Source: the human T2T-CHM13v2.0 reference genome, Homo sapiens. From it: DNA of 64,000 nt. Position numbers and translations under genes: made by a program. Numbering within the stretch: position 1 is the first letter of the stretch; every line of letters starts with the position of its first letter. Below, piece after piece: positions 32,333-49,324 of the stretch. The notes beneath the pieces were generated by a model. The model ran no database searches. It saw nothing but the letters and a program-made list of their open reading frames with translations, and had not been told where the DNA came from. The stretch lies in assembly GCF_009914755.1 (NCBI RefSeq), contig NC_060925.1; one strand, 5' to 3'.

Positions 32333-33663
32333 CAATCAGTGATCTGCAATTTCCTCTTCTTGAAGAAGGGTATGTAAAGATGAGACTTATCAAATTTTAA
32401 CTCTATGTGTAATTTCTCATGAAATTATAGGTAATGTAGTTAACGTAATGCTAGACTCTGTTATACTTTGGACTGAACATAATTTTGAGATGTTATTTTG
32501 GAATTTAATGAAAAAAATAATATCCCTCTGACTGATCATATTACATGTTAGAAGTTCTTAGTGATATAATTTGTGTATTATCTATCTTTGACCTTATTTA
32601 AGGAGCAACATAATAAGCGGTTAGGAATTATTTTTTAAAATGGAGTTTCAATTATCTCACTTATAAAAATGGAATTCAATTTTTTCATGAGATCTAAATA
32701 AAAAATAAAACAATGCATGCAAAAGCAACAAACACAAAACTAATTAATGTTCAGTAGTATGTCTCTGTTTTATTTTGAAGAACTATTTCAATACATAGTT
32801 TCAAACCTAAGTATTTATGTTTTAAACAAGATTGCATCACTCTTGAAGAGTTCTCATTCATGTAGTTTTTTGAGTTCTTATTCACATTATTTTATTCACA
32901 TTATTATTCAACCAACATCTTTTCTTACCCTTCTTCTTCTCCCTTCACCTCATTCCCCTACTTAATAAAAAATTGCTACAGTAGTTCAGCTTTCTTCATG
33001 TTATTCACATAATTTGAGTATCCCTGCAAATGCATTTTCAGTTCATATCACATGCTAATGATCAAGGCCAAAAATCATTCAGCTCTATTGAATATATTTC
33101 ATATGTTTAGCCTTCTAGAGCTACTTTCTATTAATTATTTAAAAACACACAGACTCCAGAAATGTTAATTACTTACTAGTTAATTTAAGAAATAAATTTG
33201 GTAATAATTACTATTTAGTTAATTAATTAGTAAGATTGTAGTTTATAGATCTCAGCTCACTGCAACGTTCACAGTGAGCTGGTTACAGTATATATATAAT
33301 ATAATACATAATAATTACTTATTAGTTAATTAAGAAATAAGTCATAACAATGAAGGTGAGTTTGAAAAAGTGTACACAAATTTTGTTTATCCTAGTCAAG
33401 ACATGTTTCCTATATTTTATGGATGTATTCAAAATCATATTACATATCAATTTTACACACTAGTTTTTTTATAAAATTACAGTCAACACAAAAACAAATC
33501 CTTGAAAAATTGAAAATGTATAGTTTTCATTTTAATAATCATATAACATGTCCTGATTTTTAATTAGCAACTCTTCAGACCATTAGCATACATCAGTCTC
33601 AATCTCAATCTCAATCTCATATGAAAGAACTTCCTTTTGGTTTGCTACTAGAGTTGCAAGCTA

Positions 33664-33939
<276 letters not shown>

Positions 33940-34141
33940 ACCTATAAACTACAGTATCTATCAAATTGCAAATTTTAAAAATTTCAATAAAACTACACAG
34001 CTGCAGATCATTACAAATGAAGACTCCTGACATTATTTATTTTAGCCTTAATAAAATGCATTAGAATTCAGTAAAAAGAACAGCCTATAATTCTTCAAAA
34101 GATAAAAGAGCATTGTGATTGCTTTTAGTCAGTCTCTAGAG

Positions 34142-34441
34142 TAGCATTGTCCAGTACAGTAACCATGAGCCACATGTGGCTATTGAACACTTGAAATGTG
34201 TCTAGTTCAAAATGAGATACACTCCAAGAATAAAATAAGCACTGAATTACAAGCACTTAGTACCAAAAAAAGTCAAATGGATATTTATTTTCCACTTATC
34301 ACATGTTGAAATATTTTGAATATACTGTGTTCAATAAAATTATATTATTAAAATTAATATTTTATTTTATTTTTCATGTATTTATTAGAAAATTTACAAG
34401 TACATATGTGGCTGGCATTGTATTTCATTTGGGTAGCTGCT
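34142..34441. mobile_element. MER33 (hAT-Charlie MITE)
   Basis: 'gcattgtccagtacagtaaccatgagccacatgtggctattgaacacttgaaatgtg...acatatgtggct'. Confidence 0.85.
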
Positions 34442-35931
34442 CTAGGAGATCACCTACATCTTTATTAGTACTACAGTAATGGCACATCTGATGGCATAAT
34501 AAAATTTGATACATTCATTTATTCAAACAAACTTTTTTAGCTGATATGACATCATTTGACTAATAATTTTTCGAAGAATTGATTTTTTCCTGAGTTCTGG
34601 CATCGAGAAGACAAATCAAAAAGCACCCCTGTGAATCTGTCAGAATTTTAATTCAAGAACGGTGTTCATGAGTGTCATATGGAATAATAATTTTTAGAAT
34701 TTTCAGCCTTTGCTACACCAATAAATAACAATCATTAAATGTAAAAGACTAAGACATTTATCAAAATTAGTACAGCTGGTAATTTCCATTTCATTAAAAT
34801 TTATATGTGTTTTCATTTGTAAATTTTCTTAAACAGTCTGAGATTCATGAAAGCCTTCAAAGTTTGTAGATAGATATCATGAACTCAGTGATATTTTATG
34901 CAGCATTTCGTCGATTTGCTTTTTTCTTTTCTGGAGATAGCAATCAATGACTTCATCAGTTTCCTAAAGGACTCAGTGATACAAAAAGTTTAATTTTCTA
35001 CTTTAAAACCATTTTAAGTTCCTTCCAGTTCTGTGGCTTCTTTCTGGTTGAGGTGAATGCTATGCCTAAATTTCTTCAATTTAGTCTATGCTAATAATTT
35101 TTTTGAGGATTTGACTTTAAGAAATTAACTGACAATATTGAGAAACAGTAAATCCTCATGTGGTTGGGTGAGGGATTGCTGTTTAAATCTGAAAATTGCA
35201 GCAATTTAATAGTTTAAATTATAATTGACACATTCTGAATATCTGCTACATGCAGTGGAAGACTTACTGCCTTCGTTAAGAGAAGCTGTTATGTTTAAGT
35301 TGTCAAAATTTAGTTAAATTAATTTCTTCTGAAGGCAATCATCAAATTTTACCCAAAAGAAACTTTATGGAATTCTCATGCATCATTAACTTCATATGAA
35401 TATAAGCTAATATGAAGCAAAACATCCCTCAGGCTCTATGAAAATATATAACAACTCTCTAGCCTTCCACTGCAGGATTTGGCATCTGAAACTGTGCTTT
35501 TCCTATCACAGGAGCCAGATTTTCTTTACAGAGTGCTGATTTCATAAATATTTTTCTAACTTAGTGTACCAAACACACAGCCCTTAAACAAGAAAAGGCC
35601 CACAGTCTTGGAAAAACAGAACTACTTTATATGGATATTTGAAAATAAAAACTCATGGCTTTAGTTCCTCCTGTGTTTATGCTAGCATAATAAAATAGTC
35701 AATGCTCAGCCCCATCATCTGAAAAATGTCAACCCCAAATATATATTTATTGCTTATCTGAGATTATGAATACTTCCACAATGTAACAGTAACCTAAGTA
35801 TGGTAGGGTTGGCAAGCAGCACCCAGCAATACAGTAGGTGGGATATCCAGGGAGATGACTGCATCTCATAGCACACCACCCTGAGTGGACTGGAGTCCTA
35901 AAGAACCATGGCTACAAGGTGCACTTTAGAT

Positions 35932-36128
35932 CATGGATGTCCAATCTTTTGGCTTCCCTGGGCCACATTGGAAGAAATAATTACCTTAGCCCACAGGTAA
36001 AATACACTAACACTAATGATAGCTGATGAGCTATAATGTTTTAAGAAAGTTTACAAATTTGTGTTGGGCTGCATTCAAAGGAAACTTGCCTTGCACGTGG
36101 CCCATGGACCCTGGGTTGGACAAGCTTG
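35932..36128 (+). mobile_element. MER30 (hAT-Charlie MITE)
   Basis: 'tgtccaatcttttggcttccctgggccacattggaaga...gggttggacaagcttg'; perfect 8-bp TSD ctttagat. Confidence 0.95.
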
Positions 36129-36384
36129 CTTTAGATGATGTATTATGTGTGAATAAGGGAAGTAGAGTGGAGAAACCAGAGTTTGGGCTAGGGAATGGGA
36201 TGAACACCCAAGAGACTCAGGATGATAAACATGTACAAAACGTTACAGAGGTTTTTGATATTTTGACAATCTCTATGTAGAGCCATAAACCATAAATGGA
36301 CACCATCTCAGTGGCTCAGTGACATCAAAAGCATTTTGATAATGATGTCAAGATGTTACATGTCTTTATCTCTTTCATTCTCTT

Positions 36385-36980
36385 ATGAGTATAGAGAGTG
36401 AAGTTTCCAGAGGGTATGTGAAGCAAGACATCAAATTCAGTAGCAAATATAAGACTTCATTGGGAGGCCAAGGTGGGAAGATCTCTGAAAGCCAGGAGTT
36501 CAAGGTCAGCCTGGGTAACATAGTGAGACTTTGTCTTGACAAAAAAATTTAAAAATTAGCTGGGCATAGCAGTGCATGCCTGACATTCCACTACTTTGGA
36601 GGCTGAAGTAGAAGGATAGTTTGAGCCCAGGAGTTTGAGGCAGCAGTCAGTTATGACTATGTCACTGCCCTCCAGCTTATCTCTTAAAAAAGAGAAGAAT
36701 CTAATCAACCATTAAATATTTGAAAAAAATGTAAAATAGTGTCATTCTTCTCAATATTTTTTGTTTTCCTAAATAGAGTTATATTAAACAGAAATGTTTT
36801 TAAGTTAATGAGTAATATGTTTATTATTGTTATTTTAAGTGAAAAATAAATGATTCTCTTTTAAATTTCTAATATGGTGAATATTGATAGATATAACCCA
36901 CATAAATAAAAGGTCTTTGGGTTGTTCAATAACTTTAAAGGCATAAAGGGATTCTGAGTCAAAAATAATTGAAAGTCATA
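36385..36980 (+). mobile_element. Charlie1-type hAT 3' fragment containing an AluJ
   Basis: 'aatatggtgaatattgatagatataacccacataaataaaaggtctttggg...ggattctgag'. Confidence 0.75.
36460..36691 (+). mobile_element. AluJ (Jo/Jr), 5'-truncated
   Basis: 'gccaggagttcaagg', 'aacatagtgagac', 'tttgagcccaggagtttgaggcagcagt'. Confidence 0.9.
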
Positions 36981-37294
36981 AGTCCATGTTAATAGATTAA
37001 AATGGGGAAACAACATACTATCAAAAGATGCTGAACAGCCTTCTTATAAAATCAACATTTCTGTCAAAGAAACAGGAGTAATATTTAGCAATGAATATCA
37101 CAGATTCATTCAAATTACAATCAGGTATACAAAGAAAGGTTTCTACCTGACTGATCAATGGGCAAATTTACACTTTTAAATCAGTAATATTTTGGTCTTT
37201 TCCAGTTCAACTATCCTTTTTCTGTTTAAATTGTCAACATATGTAGTATTCAAGGTTCAGATTCCTATTTGTTGCTGAATTTAAAAGTTTTTTG

Positions 37295-37623
<329 letters not shown>

Positions 37624-38525
37624 TTACCTGAGTTAAATGCTTTCAAAATGCCACTTCTCCAAAGAGCACCTGGTGTATGAGGATGTTCACTCTATCATTG
37701 TGGAAGCAGAGAAGATTTCTGATTGGATTCCCTTAGTATCTTACAAATTCTCACCCTTTGCTCCAGATTCCATTTGGCCATTTTCTGGGCTGGGGACTCT
37801 CAAGTGCGACTGATTCCACTGGGAATTTTGAGATTTATGTTAGCATACGGCATGTGAGTGCATGCCCTGGCCACTGTCATACTATTTCTGCATCCTCTTC
37901 TCTCTGACTAGGCCTCTGGGCACCCAAAGGTCATCTCAGAAAGTGCATATTTTCTCACTGGTGTAAGCAGAAACGCCTATATCCATTCACACTGTAGGTA
38001 GGCCATGTGCACCTAGGTGCTGGGCTTTAGAATCTGACGAAGCCTCATCTCATCTCACTCTATTTCTGTACCATAATCAATGTTGTACTGGGTCAAAGAC
38101 TTGAGAACCAGTGCACTGGATCCAATATCTCCAACACTTCTTTAGATGTTTTTAAAGCAATGCTTCATTATCAATGATCCATTTCGAAGAGTAGTTAGAG
38201 GAAATGGAAACTCGCCATATTAATCATTGTTTTCTGCTGTCATCTCCCTTCTAAACTCACCATTGCTTAGCTATAGAGGGACAAAGCTCACGCCCCATTC
38301 AGTTTTACTGTGACACTTCTCCACTCCCTCCTCTTCCTTTTATATTCCATTTCCCTTGATAAGCTCTCATACTAATAAGAGAAGAAAAACTGAGGTGGAA
38401 ACTAAAAAGAACAATGAAATTAAAAAGAGAAAAAGAAGTATGAAAAACAAATTTTCCTTTATTTTATGATATGAGTTTATAGATTCCTGTTTTCTGCAAC
38501 CAGTAACTTCAAGTATTCCATTTTT

Positions 38526-38935
38526 TGTGAGCAGCACAGCAAAGGTCATGAGACACCTGAGCAGGCCTGGATTGCAGCCATCCAAGCACCTTAGTGAAGG
38601 TTATAAGTCCGTGCAAGGCACTAGAGCAGGCCTAGATAACAGCCATCTGGGCCGCATAGCAAGAGTCCTATGTAATCCTGAGTTATGAACCTGTCACAGT
38701 TTAATTAACTGCCTTTGTTCTGCCTTTGTATCCTGGCTTTCACATCACTAAGCTTCATGCCACTGTAAGCTTGTTTCAAGCTAGCCCACCCCCTTTTAGA
38801 AGTGTGTGTAAAAGTCAAGTGCTGTCTTTGTTCTGGATCCAGTCTTTGGATGTTAATATGCTGCGTCTGTGTGCACTCAATAAAAATCCTCCTGTTCCAC
38901 CTATTGGTCTCCCCAGTCTCATGAGTCCCACAACA
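38526..38935 (+). mobile_element. Solo LTR (ERV; family uncertain)
   Basis: TG...CA ends (tgtgagc...cacaaca); TATA-like 'tgtaaaag' near 38807; 'gcactcaataaaa' poly(A) signal near 38879. Confidence 0.8.
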
Positions 38936-39687
38936 AAATCAGAACTCATTTTAAGAACTAGATATACCTATACTATTATTATATAATATGAGAAAAGATA
39001 TCTTCAAATTCTATAGCAAACATTATAATAAATAGTAAAACATTACAAACATTTACAGTAAAATCAAGAACAAAACATGGATTCTCAAAATCCCCTACTA
39101 TTCAATATTTTCCTGCAGTTTCTACACAACACTTTAGGACATAGAAATGAACAACATATAAACATCACAATGGAAGAGCGAATTTTTGTGTCCATTCATC
39201 AGCCAATGGACACTTAGGCTGTCTCCATGTCTTGGCTATTATGAATAACATTCCTGTGATCATGGGGGTGCAGATACCCCTTTGAGGCACTGCTTTCATT
39301 TCCTTTGAGTATATACCCAAGAAAGGCATTTCCAGATCATAAAATAATTATAGAATTATATTTTAATATTTTGAGGTACCTCCTTATTGTTTTTCATAAT
39401 GGCTGTACGAATTTACATTTCTTCCAACAGGGCACAAGGGTTCCCCTTTCTCTACATTCTCGCCAACCCTTGTTATCTGATGACTTCCTGATAATAGCCA
39501 TTCTATTGGTTTGAGGTGATCCACTTGCATGTGGAATCTACAAAAAAAAAGTTCAACACATAGAAACAGAGAGTAGAATGGTGGGTACCAGGGACAAGAA
39601 AGGGAAGGAAACGGGGAGAAGTAAGTCAAAGAGTACAAACTTGTAGTTAAATTGGATAAAGAAGTCTAGCAATCTAATGTACAACAG

Positions 39688-42420
<2,733 letters not shown>

Positions 42421-43377
42421 AACAGTAAGACTATAGTTAATAATATTGTATTGTATGTTCAAAGTTTGCAAAGAGAGCAGATTTTAAGTGCTGTTACCAC
42501 ACATAAAAAATGCTAACTATGGAAGATAATGGATATGCTAAATTGCTGACCTGTAGTAATAATTTCACTATAGATATGAATATCAATACCTCATGTGTAT
42601 ACTTTAAATTTTAAAAACAATGGAATAGACATAAACATCTTTATTGAATAATTATCTTCATGCTAATGTATTACTTCAGGTTTGAATGAACCAAGAGAAT
42701 GATCTGATATTTTGGTAGATTTGTAAGAATTTTCAGTAAGGTGGTCTGCTATAACATAAATATACAAAATCAATTGCTTCAGATGGCTTTACAAAGCAAG
42801 TCAATTAAAATAAAGCTCTCAATAGCAATTAAACATCAGTGATACAAATAAGAACTTTTCTGTTCCCCTTTTTATGTCTCCCTTCACTCTCATTTCTCAG
42901 AAACTGTAGTTAAGCAACTATAGAGAAAAAAAATAATAAAAAAAAAGTAATGAAAGAAGATGCCAGAAGCAGAAGCGAAGGCCTTCTCTGATCAAATAAT
43001 CCCTTTCTGCAGTAGTGTGAGCTGAGGAGAGTAGATATATTTAAAATCACTTTCAAAGCTTTCATTATTATAATGAAGCCATACTCAACTTTTGAAATGA
43101 GATGAAGTTTTCATGTATAATGTGAGAACATGACATGGGATTGGAAAAATCCTGAAACCACCCGAGTTTTCATTCAGGGCAGTGAAGAAAATTTCTACTG
43201 AGTATATTTTAAAGCAACACGGAGGAAAAAAAGTTGTTTTGTGATCTAATTTATGAGTGATGCTAGTATCACCTAATGGTTGTATTAATTTATGAAATTA
43301 GAACTCTCTCAATGTCTGATTTTATAAAGTCATAAAATAATTTATACAGTACATATTATATATAAGTAGGAGTCATC

Positions 43378-43718
<341 letters not shown>

Positions 43719-43899
43719 TTATGTGATTTTTAAATAGTGTAGAACTCATATCAAAATATACATATGTGTAGTGTATTAACTAGACAGAGTTCCAAACACT
43801 TTTAGAATATACTACAGGTTATTTCAAAAGATGAAAAATTAGTTGTAGCAAAAAGCCATAAACTTTCATATATTTAAATACTTTACACTATTCTTTATA

Positions 43900-44190
43900 C
43901 TACCTGGAAAATCTTGTCTCCTAACACTGAGCCAAGTTACCACAGACCCTGTCAAGGTCTCTTCCCAATCCCCGTAATAGAATTCATTGCTCCTTCTTTT
44001 TGAGCTCTTCTTGCTTCTTTTAAATAATGTCTGCACTTTGGAATAGCACAGTGGATTCAGTTGTTTGTCTTGTTAGATTAAGCTCCTTGAGAACAGGACT
44101 GATTTTATCTTTATTTTTGTATTCTTAGTGCTCCATTTATGCTCGATACCTTTTAGCAGAATGATGTATAATAATTCTGTTGAAAAAATT
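43900..44190 (+). mobile_element. L2 3' fragment
   Basis: 'tagattaagctccttgagaacaggactgattttatctttatttttgtattc'. Confidence 0.65.
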
Positions 44191-44729
44191 AATATATAAA
44201 TCAGAGTTCTTACAGTGATGAAAATATTTTATTACTATTGTGTATGTTAAGTTTGTGCAAATTTACTGAGTTACTTTTTGCTATTTTTTGCATTGTTTAG
44301 CATTGCTTGTTTTATTAAATGGACATTGTATTCATGGCCTTTGTTTAAAAATCATCAATGATTGCTTTGGCTTCTACCTTCAAAGAGTTAAATCTGTATA
44401 AACTAGTCAAACCATTATAAAATGAATGTTAAAATCATGAACCATTTGAGTGACTTATGGCTATTACATATATTATAAATATAATGTAACTATACTTTCT
44501 GAGACTGAATAATAAAAAATTTTAAATGATTGCTGATCGTGGTATGAAAAATGAGAACAGACTTACTTTGAAAAAGTAAAACAGCCATAAATCTGTTTAA
44601 TGGTTGATAATATAGCCAATATTTTAAATGATAGTGGTTTAATATATGCAAACTGAATTTGATTTTATAAAAAAAATATAAATCACTAGAAAAGAAATTC
44701 ATATTTCAAAGGGAGAGTAAAGCACATTC

Positions 44730-45296
44730 CAGTCATGTGCAGATAACGATGCTTCGGCCAACAATGGACTCTGCCTATGTAACAATGGGCCAATAAGATC
44801 ACAAAGGCAGCTACAAATTTCCCATCACCTAGTGCCATCATAGCCATCCTAGTGTCATAGCACAACGCATTACTCACGTGTTTGTGGTGGTGCTGGTGTA
44901 AACAAACCCACTGTGCTCCCAGCCCTTCTCATTTACTCACCACTCACCCACCAACTCACACAGAGCAACTTTCAGTCCTGCAAACTCTATTCACGGTAAG
45001 TGCCCTTACAGATGCACCATTTTAAAATCTTTTCTACCACATTTTTACCCTACCTTTTCTATGTTTAGATACACAAATACTTAACTTTGTATTATAATTG
45101 TCTTCAGTATCCAGTACATTAACATGCTGTACAGTTTTATAGCCTAGGAGCAATAGGCTGTATACCATATAGCCTAGGTGGGCTATAACATCTAGGTTTG
45201 TGTAAGTACACTCTGATGTTCACACAAAGATGTAATTGCCTACGGATATATTTGTCAGAATGTAAGTATCTCAACTGTTAATTTATGCATGATCAT
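44730..45296 (+). mobile_element. Tigger3b/c (Golem-type), internally deleted
   Basis: 'cagtcatgtgcagataacg', 'caacgcattactcacgtgtttgtggtggtgctggtgtaaacaaacc', 'gcctaggagcaataggct'. Confidence 0.9.
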
Positions 45297-45387
45297 AATC
45301 ATGATATAGCCACCTAGGCTATATGGTACACAGTCTATTGCTCCTAGGCTATAAACCTGTACAGCGTGTTACAAGGCAGAAGAAAAC

Positions 45388-45547
45388 TAATATATATATA
45401 TATATAAAATTGTGTATATATATATATAATTGTGTATATATATACAAAATTGTGTATATATATATATAATTGTGTATATATATACAAAATTGTGTATATA
45501 TATATATACACACACAATATGTATATATGTATATACACTGTAAAATA
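45388..45547. repeat. AT-rich minisatellite: five 20-bp units (...aattgtgtatata) alternating as a 40-bp higher-order repeat
   Basis: 45401-45500 alternates tata(t/c)aaaattgtgtatata and tatatataattgtgtatata. Confidence 0.95.
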
Positions 45548-45831
45548 TACAAGGCAGAAGAAAACCAAAAAACGTGATCTAAAGGGCACTGTAAGAGTCC
45601 TTTAACTTCGTAGTACATCATGTAATGATCTATATACTGTCTGTATGGTAATCACCCATATTGCCACCACTTAGCTTTATGTAAAAACTATCAATGGTGT
45701 ATTTACTCTATTTTTGCCTTTGTAAATATATATAGCTCCTCTTCTTGGAAAATGAAATTGGCAAGGCATATATGCTGTATTATATCTACAATCTCACTTC
45801 TTATTTCCTTCCTTTCATCCTTCTTTCTTCC

Positions 45832-46140
45832 TATTATGAAGTGAATTGTGTCCCCCCAAATTGCTACTTTGAAGCCGTAATCTCCAAAGTGACTGTATTT
45901 GTAGGTAGGGCCTTCAGGAAGGCAGTTAAGGATAAACGAGGTCATAAGAGTGAGCCCCCTAATCTGATAGGATTGGTGTTTTTATAAGAAGAGGAAGAGA
46001 CACCAGAGAAAAAAGAACCCTCACCAGAAACCAACCCCAAGGGCACTGTGATCTGGGATTTCTGGCCTCCAACACTGTGAGAAAATAAATTTCTGTCATT
46101 TAAACCACCCAATCTGGTATCTTCTTATGACAAACTAATT
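45832..46140 (+). mobile_element. MLT1A-type MaLR LTR, internally deleted
   Basis: 'gaattgtgtccccccaaatt', 'ctaatctgataggattggtg...ataagaagaggaagagacaccagag', 'gtgagaaaataaatttctg'. Confidence 0.85.
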
Positions 46141-46259
46141 ATCTTCTTTAATTCCTTCCTTCCTACCTTCCTTCCTTCCTTCTTTGTATCCACCCAGTTG
46201 TTTCTTTTTTTTTTTTTTAACCTCTCTCTGTTTCTAAATGGAATCTTTTCTCTCCTCTG

Positions 46260-47096
46260 TGGTTAATAATTCACAACTGCAATGCACATCTCAAGCCCAG
46301 AGTTGGGTCTTGATTGATGTAAGTCAATCATAATGTTTCTGTTCCCCTTACCAATCATTGGTTTAACCTATATCATGTGATACAATTTTGCCAAATGAGA
46401 CTAACAGAAACTTCTGAGGGGCTTCTAGCAAATGTGCCTCTGCTCTCATTGATTGAGAGGGAGCCCCTTTTAAAACTCAGAATATTGTATGGTCTAGATA
46501 TTACTATATTTGACACAGATGGACCAGTCTCAGACAATCCTATACAAGATAGAAAAACAGAAAGATTTTGCAATCTGGGTCCCTGAAGCCTTTATTGAAT
46601 CATAATATCTTATTTCTAACTGCAATAGTAAATTACTATAGACTATGTGGTTTCATCAGAAATCATTTATTTCTCAGAATTCTGGAGGCTGGGAAGTCCA
46701 AGACTGAGGCATCAGCAGATCAAGCCTCAGGTGCGAGTACTCCTCCTGGTTTTCAGGCAACTTTCTTCTCCTTATAGCCTGACATGGCAGAGAGAGAGAG
46801 AGAGTGAGAGAGAGAGAGCTCCCCTGTCTTTTCCAATAAGACCAGTAATCCTATCATGAGGGCTTCACTCCCAGGACCTAATTACCCCTCAAAGGCTTCA
46901 TCTTACACTGGGGATTACAGTTTCAACTTATTAATCTGGTGGGAGAAGGGCATAAAAATTCAGTCTATAGCAATGCATTCAACATGCTCTGAAAGTTCTC
47001 TAGACCTGAACTTCTTACCAAGACGTTAATTTTCCTTGTTCAGACAAATTCGAGTTTGACTTTTTAGCATAGAACTGAAAGCATCCTACGGGATAC
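46260..47096 (+). mobile_element. Old MLT1 (I/J/K-type) LTR split by MLT1A
   Basis: 'gattgatgtaagtcaatcat...ccccttaccaatcattggttt...catgtga...gccaaatgagact'; ends 'aaagcatcctacgggataca'. Confidence 0.6.
46605..46972 (-). mobile_element. MLT1A0-type MaLR LTR with a (GA)n tract
   Basis: 'tttatttctcagaattctggaggctgggaagtccaaga...attcagtctatagca'. Confidence 0.85.
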
Positions 47097-47279
47097 AAAA
47101 TAATTCTATGGTAACATCATAGATGATAACAAAATGTAAGTTGATGCAATAATTCTCTGAGTTTATTGTGTTTTGTTGTATTCTTCTTCACTAAGACTCC
47201 CTTGAAATACACAGTGCATTAAGAATGCTTTTTCTTAGTATTTTTTGCATTTTCTTGGTAAAATTAACAATTTACATTT

Positions 47280-48350
47280 CTAATATTTTCTTAAAGGTGA
47301 GATATAGTATATATTTCATACCTAAAATGTACACAGAACAGAATTTGTACAACTCAGTTATTGAAAAAGCAGACAATTATGTAAATACAACTTGAATCAA
47401 ATAAAAAAAAATTGCCAGAACCCCAGAAGCCTCTTCCATAGCCCAATCACAACCCTGACTTCTAAAAGCATGGGTTATCTTTGCCTGTTTTGTAACATGT
47501 AAGAAAGAGGATCATAAAGGATATTTTATTTTTGTTAGACTATTTTCTTTATAAATATGTTTTTGAGATCCATGCATGTTTTGCAATTAACTGCTGATTA
47601 TTCATTTTTATTACTGTATAGAATTCTCATATGAATATATCCCAATTTATTTATCAATTTCAACACGGATAGAAATTTATCAAAAGATATTTAAGATGTG
47701 AAAATGCAAGCCACAGGTCAGTGGAGGTATTTACAATATGGCTATTCCTCGGTATCTAAGTAAGATTGGTTCCAGTACCCCATATAGATGCCAAAATCCA
47801 CTGATGCTTGAGTCCCTTAAATAAAATGGTGTAGTATTTGCAAATAAGCGATGAACATGCTCCCATATACTTTAAATCATCTTTGGGTTACTTATAATAC
47901 TTATTGCAATGTAAAGGCTATGTAAATAGTTGTTATAGTACATTGTTTTTTATTTGTAACAAAGGATATTCAAATCTCCAATAAAAACAGGTAAGATTAT
48001 CTTTCCTTTTAGTAATCATAAAAATTCACATTAAAGCATAATTAAATTCTACTATATATCCCACAGAATAGAAAAACAAAACAAAACAAAAAAATGAACA
48101 AAACCAACAAACAACAAGCAAATGACAATATCAAATATTAGCAAAAAAGTAGAGCAATAGAAACTCTCAGTTTCTGCAGATGGGATTGGGAATTACTAAA
48201 ATATTTTGGAAAACGTTTTCCTTAATATTTAAACTTGAGCATATACATTCCCTATGACCTGAAAATTTTACTCACTAGTGTATTCCCACCCAGAAGAGTT
48301 GACCATTTGTTCCAAGGAACGTGTACATGAATGTTTACAGTAGATAATCC
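47280..48350. mobile_element. L1ME fragments (minus 47280-47680; plus about 47960-48350)
   Basis: 'ttgccagaaccccagaagc', 'tttttgagatccatgcatgtt'; 'gagcaatagaaactctca', 'catacattccctatgacc'. Confidence 0.7.
47740..47958 (+). mobile_element. MER2 (Tigger MITE), partial
   Basis: 'gattggttccagtacccc...ccaaaatccactgatgcttgagtccctta..aaatggtgtagtatttgca'. Confidence 0.85.
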
Positions 48351-48682
48351 GATTAGTCAAAAAAAAGGGGAAGTATTTTTTAAATCATCTGAATATATGC
48401 TTTAAAATTATTCAATTCTTTCTTCCTTATTGATGCAATTGAATCAATTGCATAATAATTTATAAAAGACAAAGAGCACTAAAGGAAGGAGGAAGAAAGG
48501 AAATAAGAGTTAAATGTTCAACCTAGTCAGCTGAGCCAGAAATACTCATAGGACATCTATACACTCAAAATTTATGGACACTAAGCCCAGGTGTATCAAT
48601 TATGGAAGTCATTACTATGCGTTGTGAGTCAACTCTCCCATTCTCCACGACCATTTTTTATACCTAATACTCTCAAGTCTAA

Positions 48683-49156
48683 TGTGTAGATATGGAAGTG
48701 TACTGCTCACATCTTGCTTCAGGAAAGACCCACCATAAGGAATGCAGTTGGATTAGTGACTCTAGCTGTGACAACTTTGAATTCCTCATAGCATTCACAA
48801 ACAGGCTATATTCTCCTTCCTGGGTCATTCTCACGTGTTGATTGAACATGGTAGAGGAAATAGAACTCTATTTCTGAAGGACCCCTCAAATGCACACTAT
48901 GCCCTGTGACTCCCCTTCATCCTGGTTGAGATTGCCTCAGAGCTGCACTTCAGTATAAGCTTCCATCTACTCAGTCTTCTTTCCTTTTTTAGCAAAAATC
49001 TTCTTTACTGATTGGCAGACCTGCATTGGGTCTAAAGCTCTCCCTGCTAACTCCTGTTCTTTCTGCCCTTTGTCCCTCACAGAATCTTCCCTAAATAAAT
49101 CATTTACACATCCAATTCCATCTTGGTGCCTGCTTCCGAGAGAACTGGAACCAGCA
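48683..49156 (+). mobile_element. LTR16-type solo LTR (ERVL)
   Basis: 'gaagtgtactgctcacatc', 'ctcagagctgcact', 'aataaatc...ccatcttggtgcctgcttcc'. Confidence 0.75.
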
Positions 49157-49324
49157 TGCCTAGTAACCTATAGCCTCTCCAAAAGCCCTCAGGAATGGTA
49201 TCTCACAGTCCTATGTTACAGAGTCAATAATCTGTAGAAATTCCTCAACTTTTCCCCAAGAGATTCTAAAAACAAACCTACACTGTATCAATTAATATTT
49301 TTCCAGATTGTCAAAAAGAGTTGT

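Noticed and set aside
45370-45565. CRISPR-like repeat-spacer array
   Set aside because: Units are tandem low-complexity 20-mers without unique spacers; eukaryotic context and no cas genes
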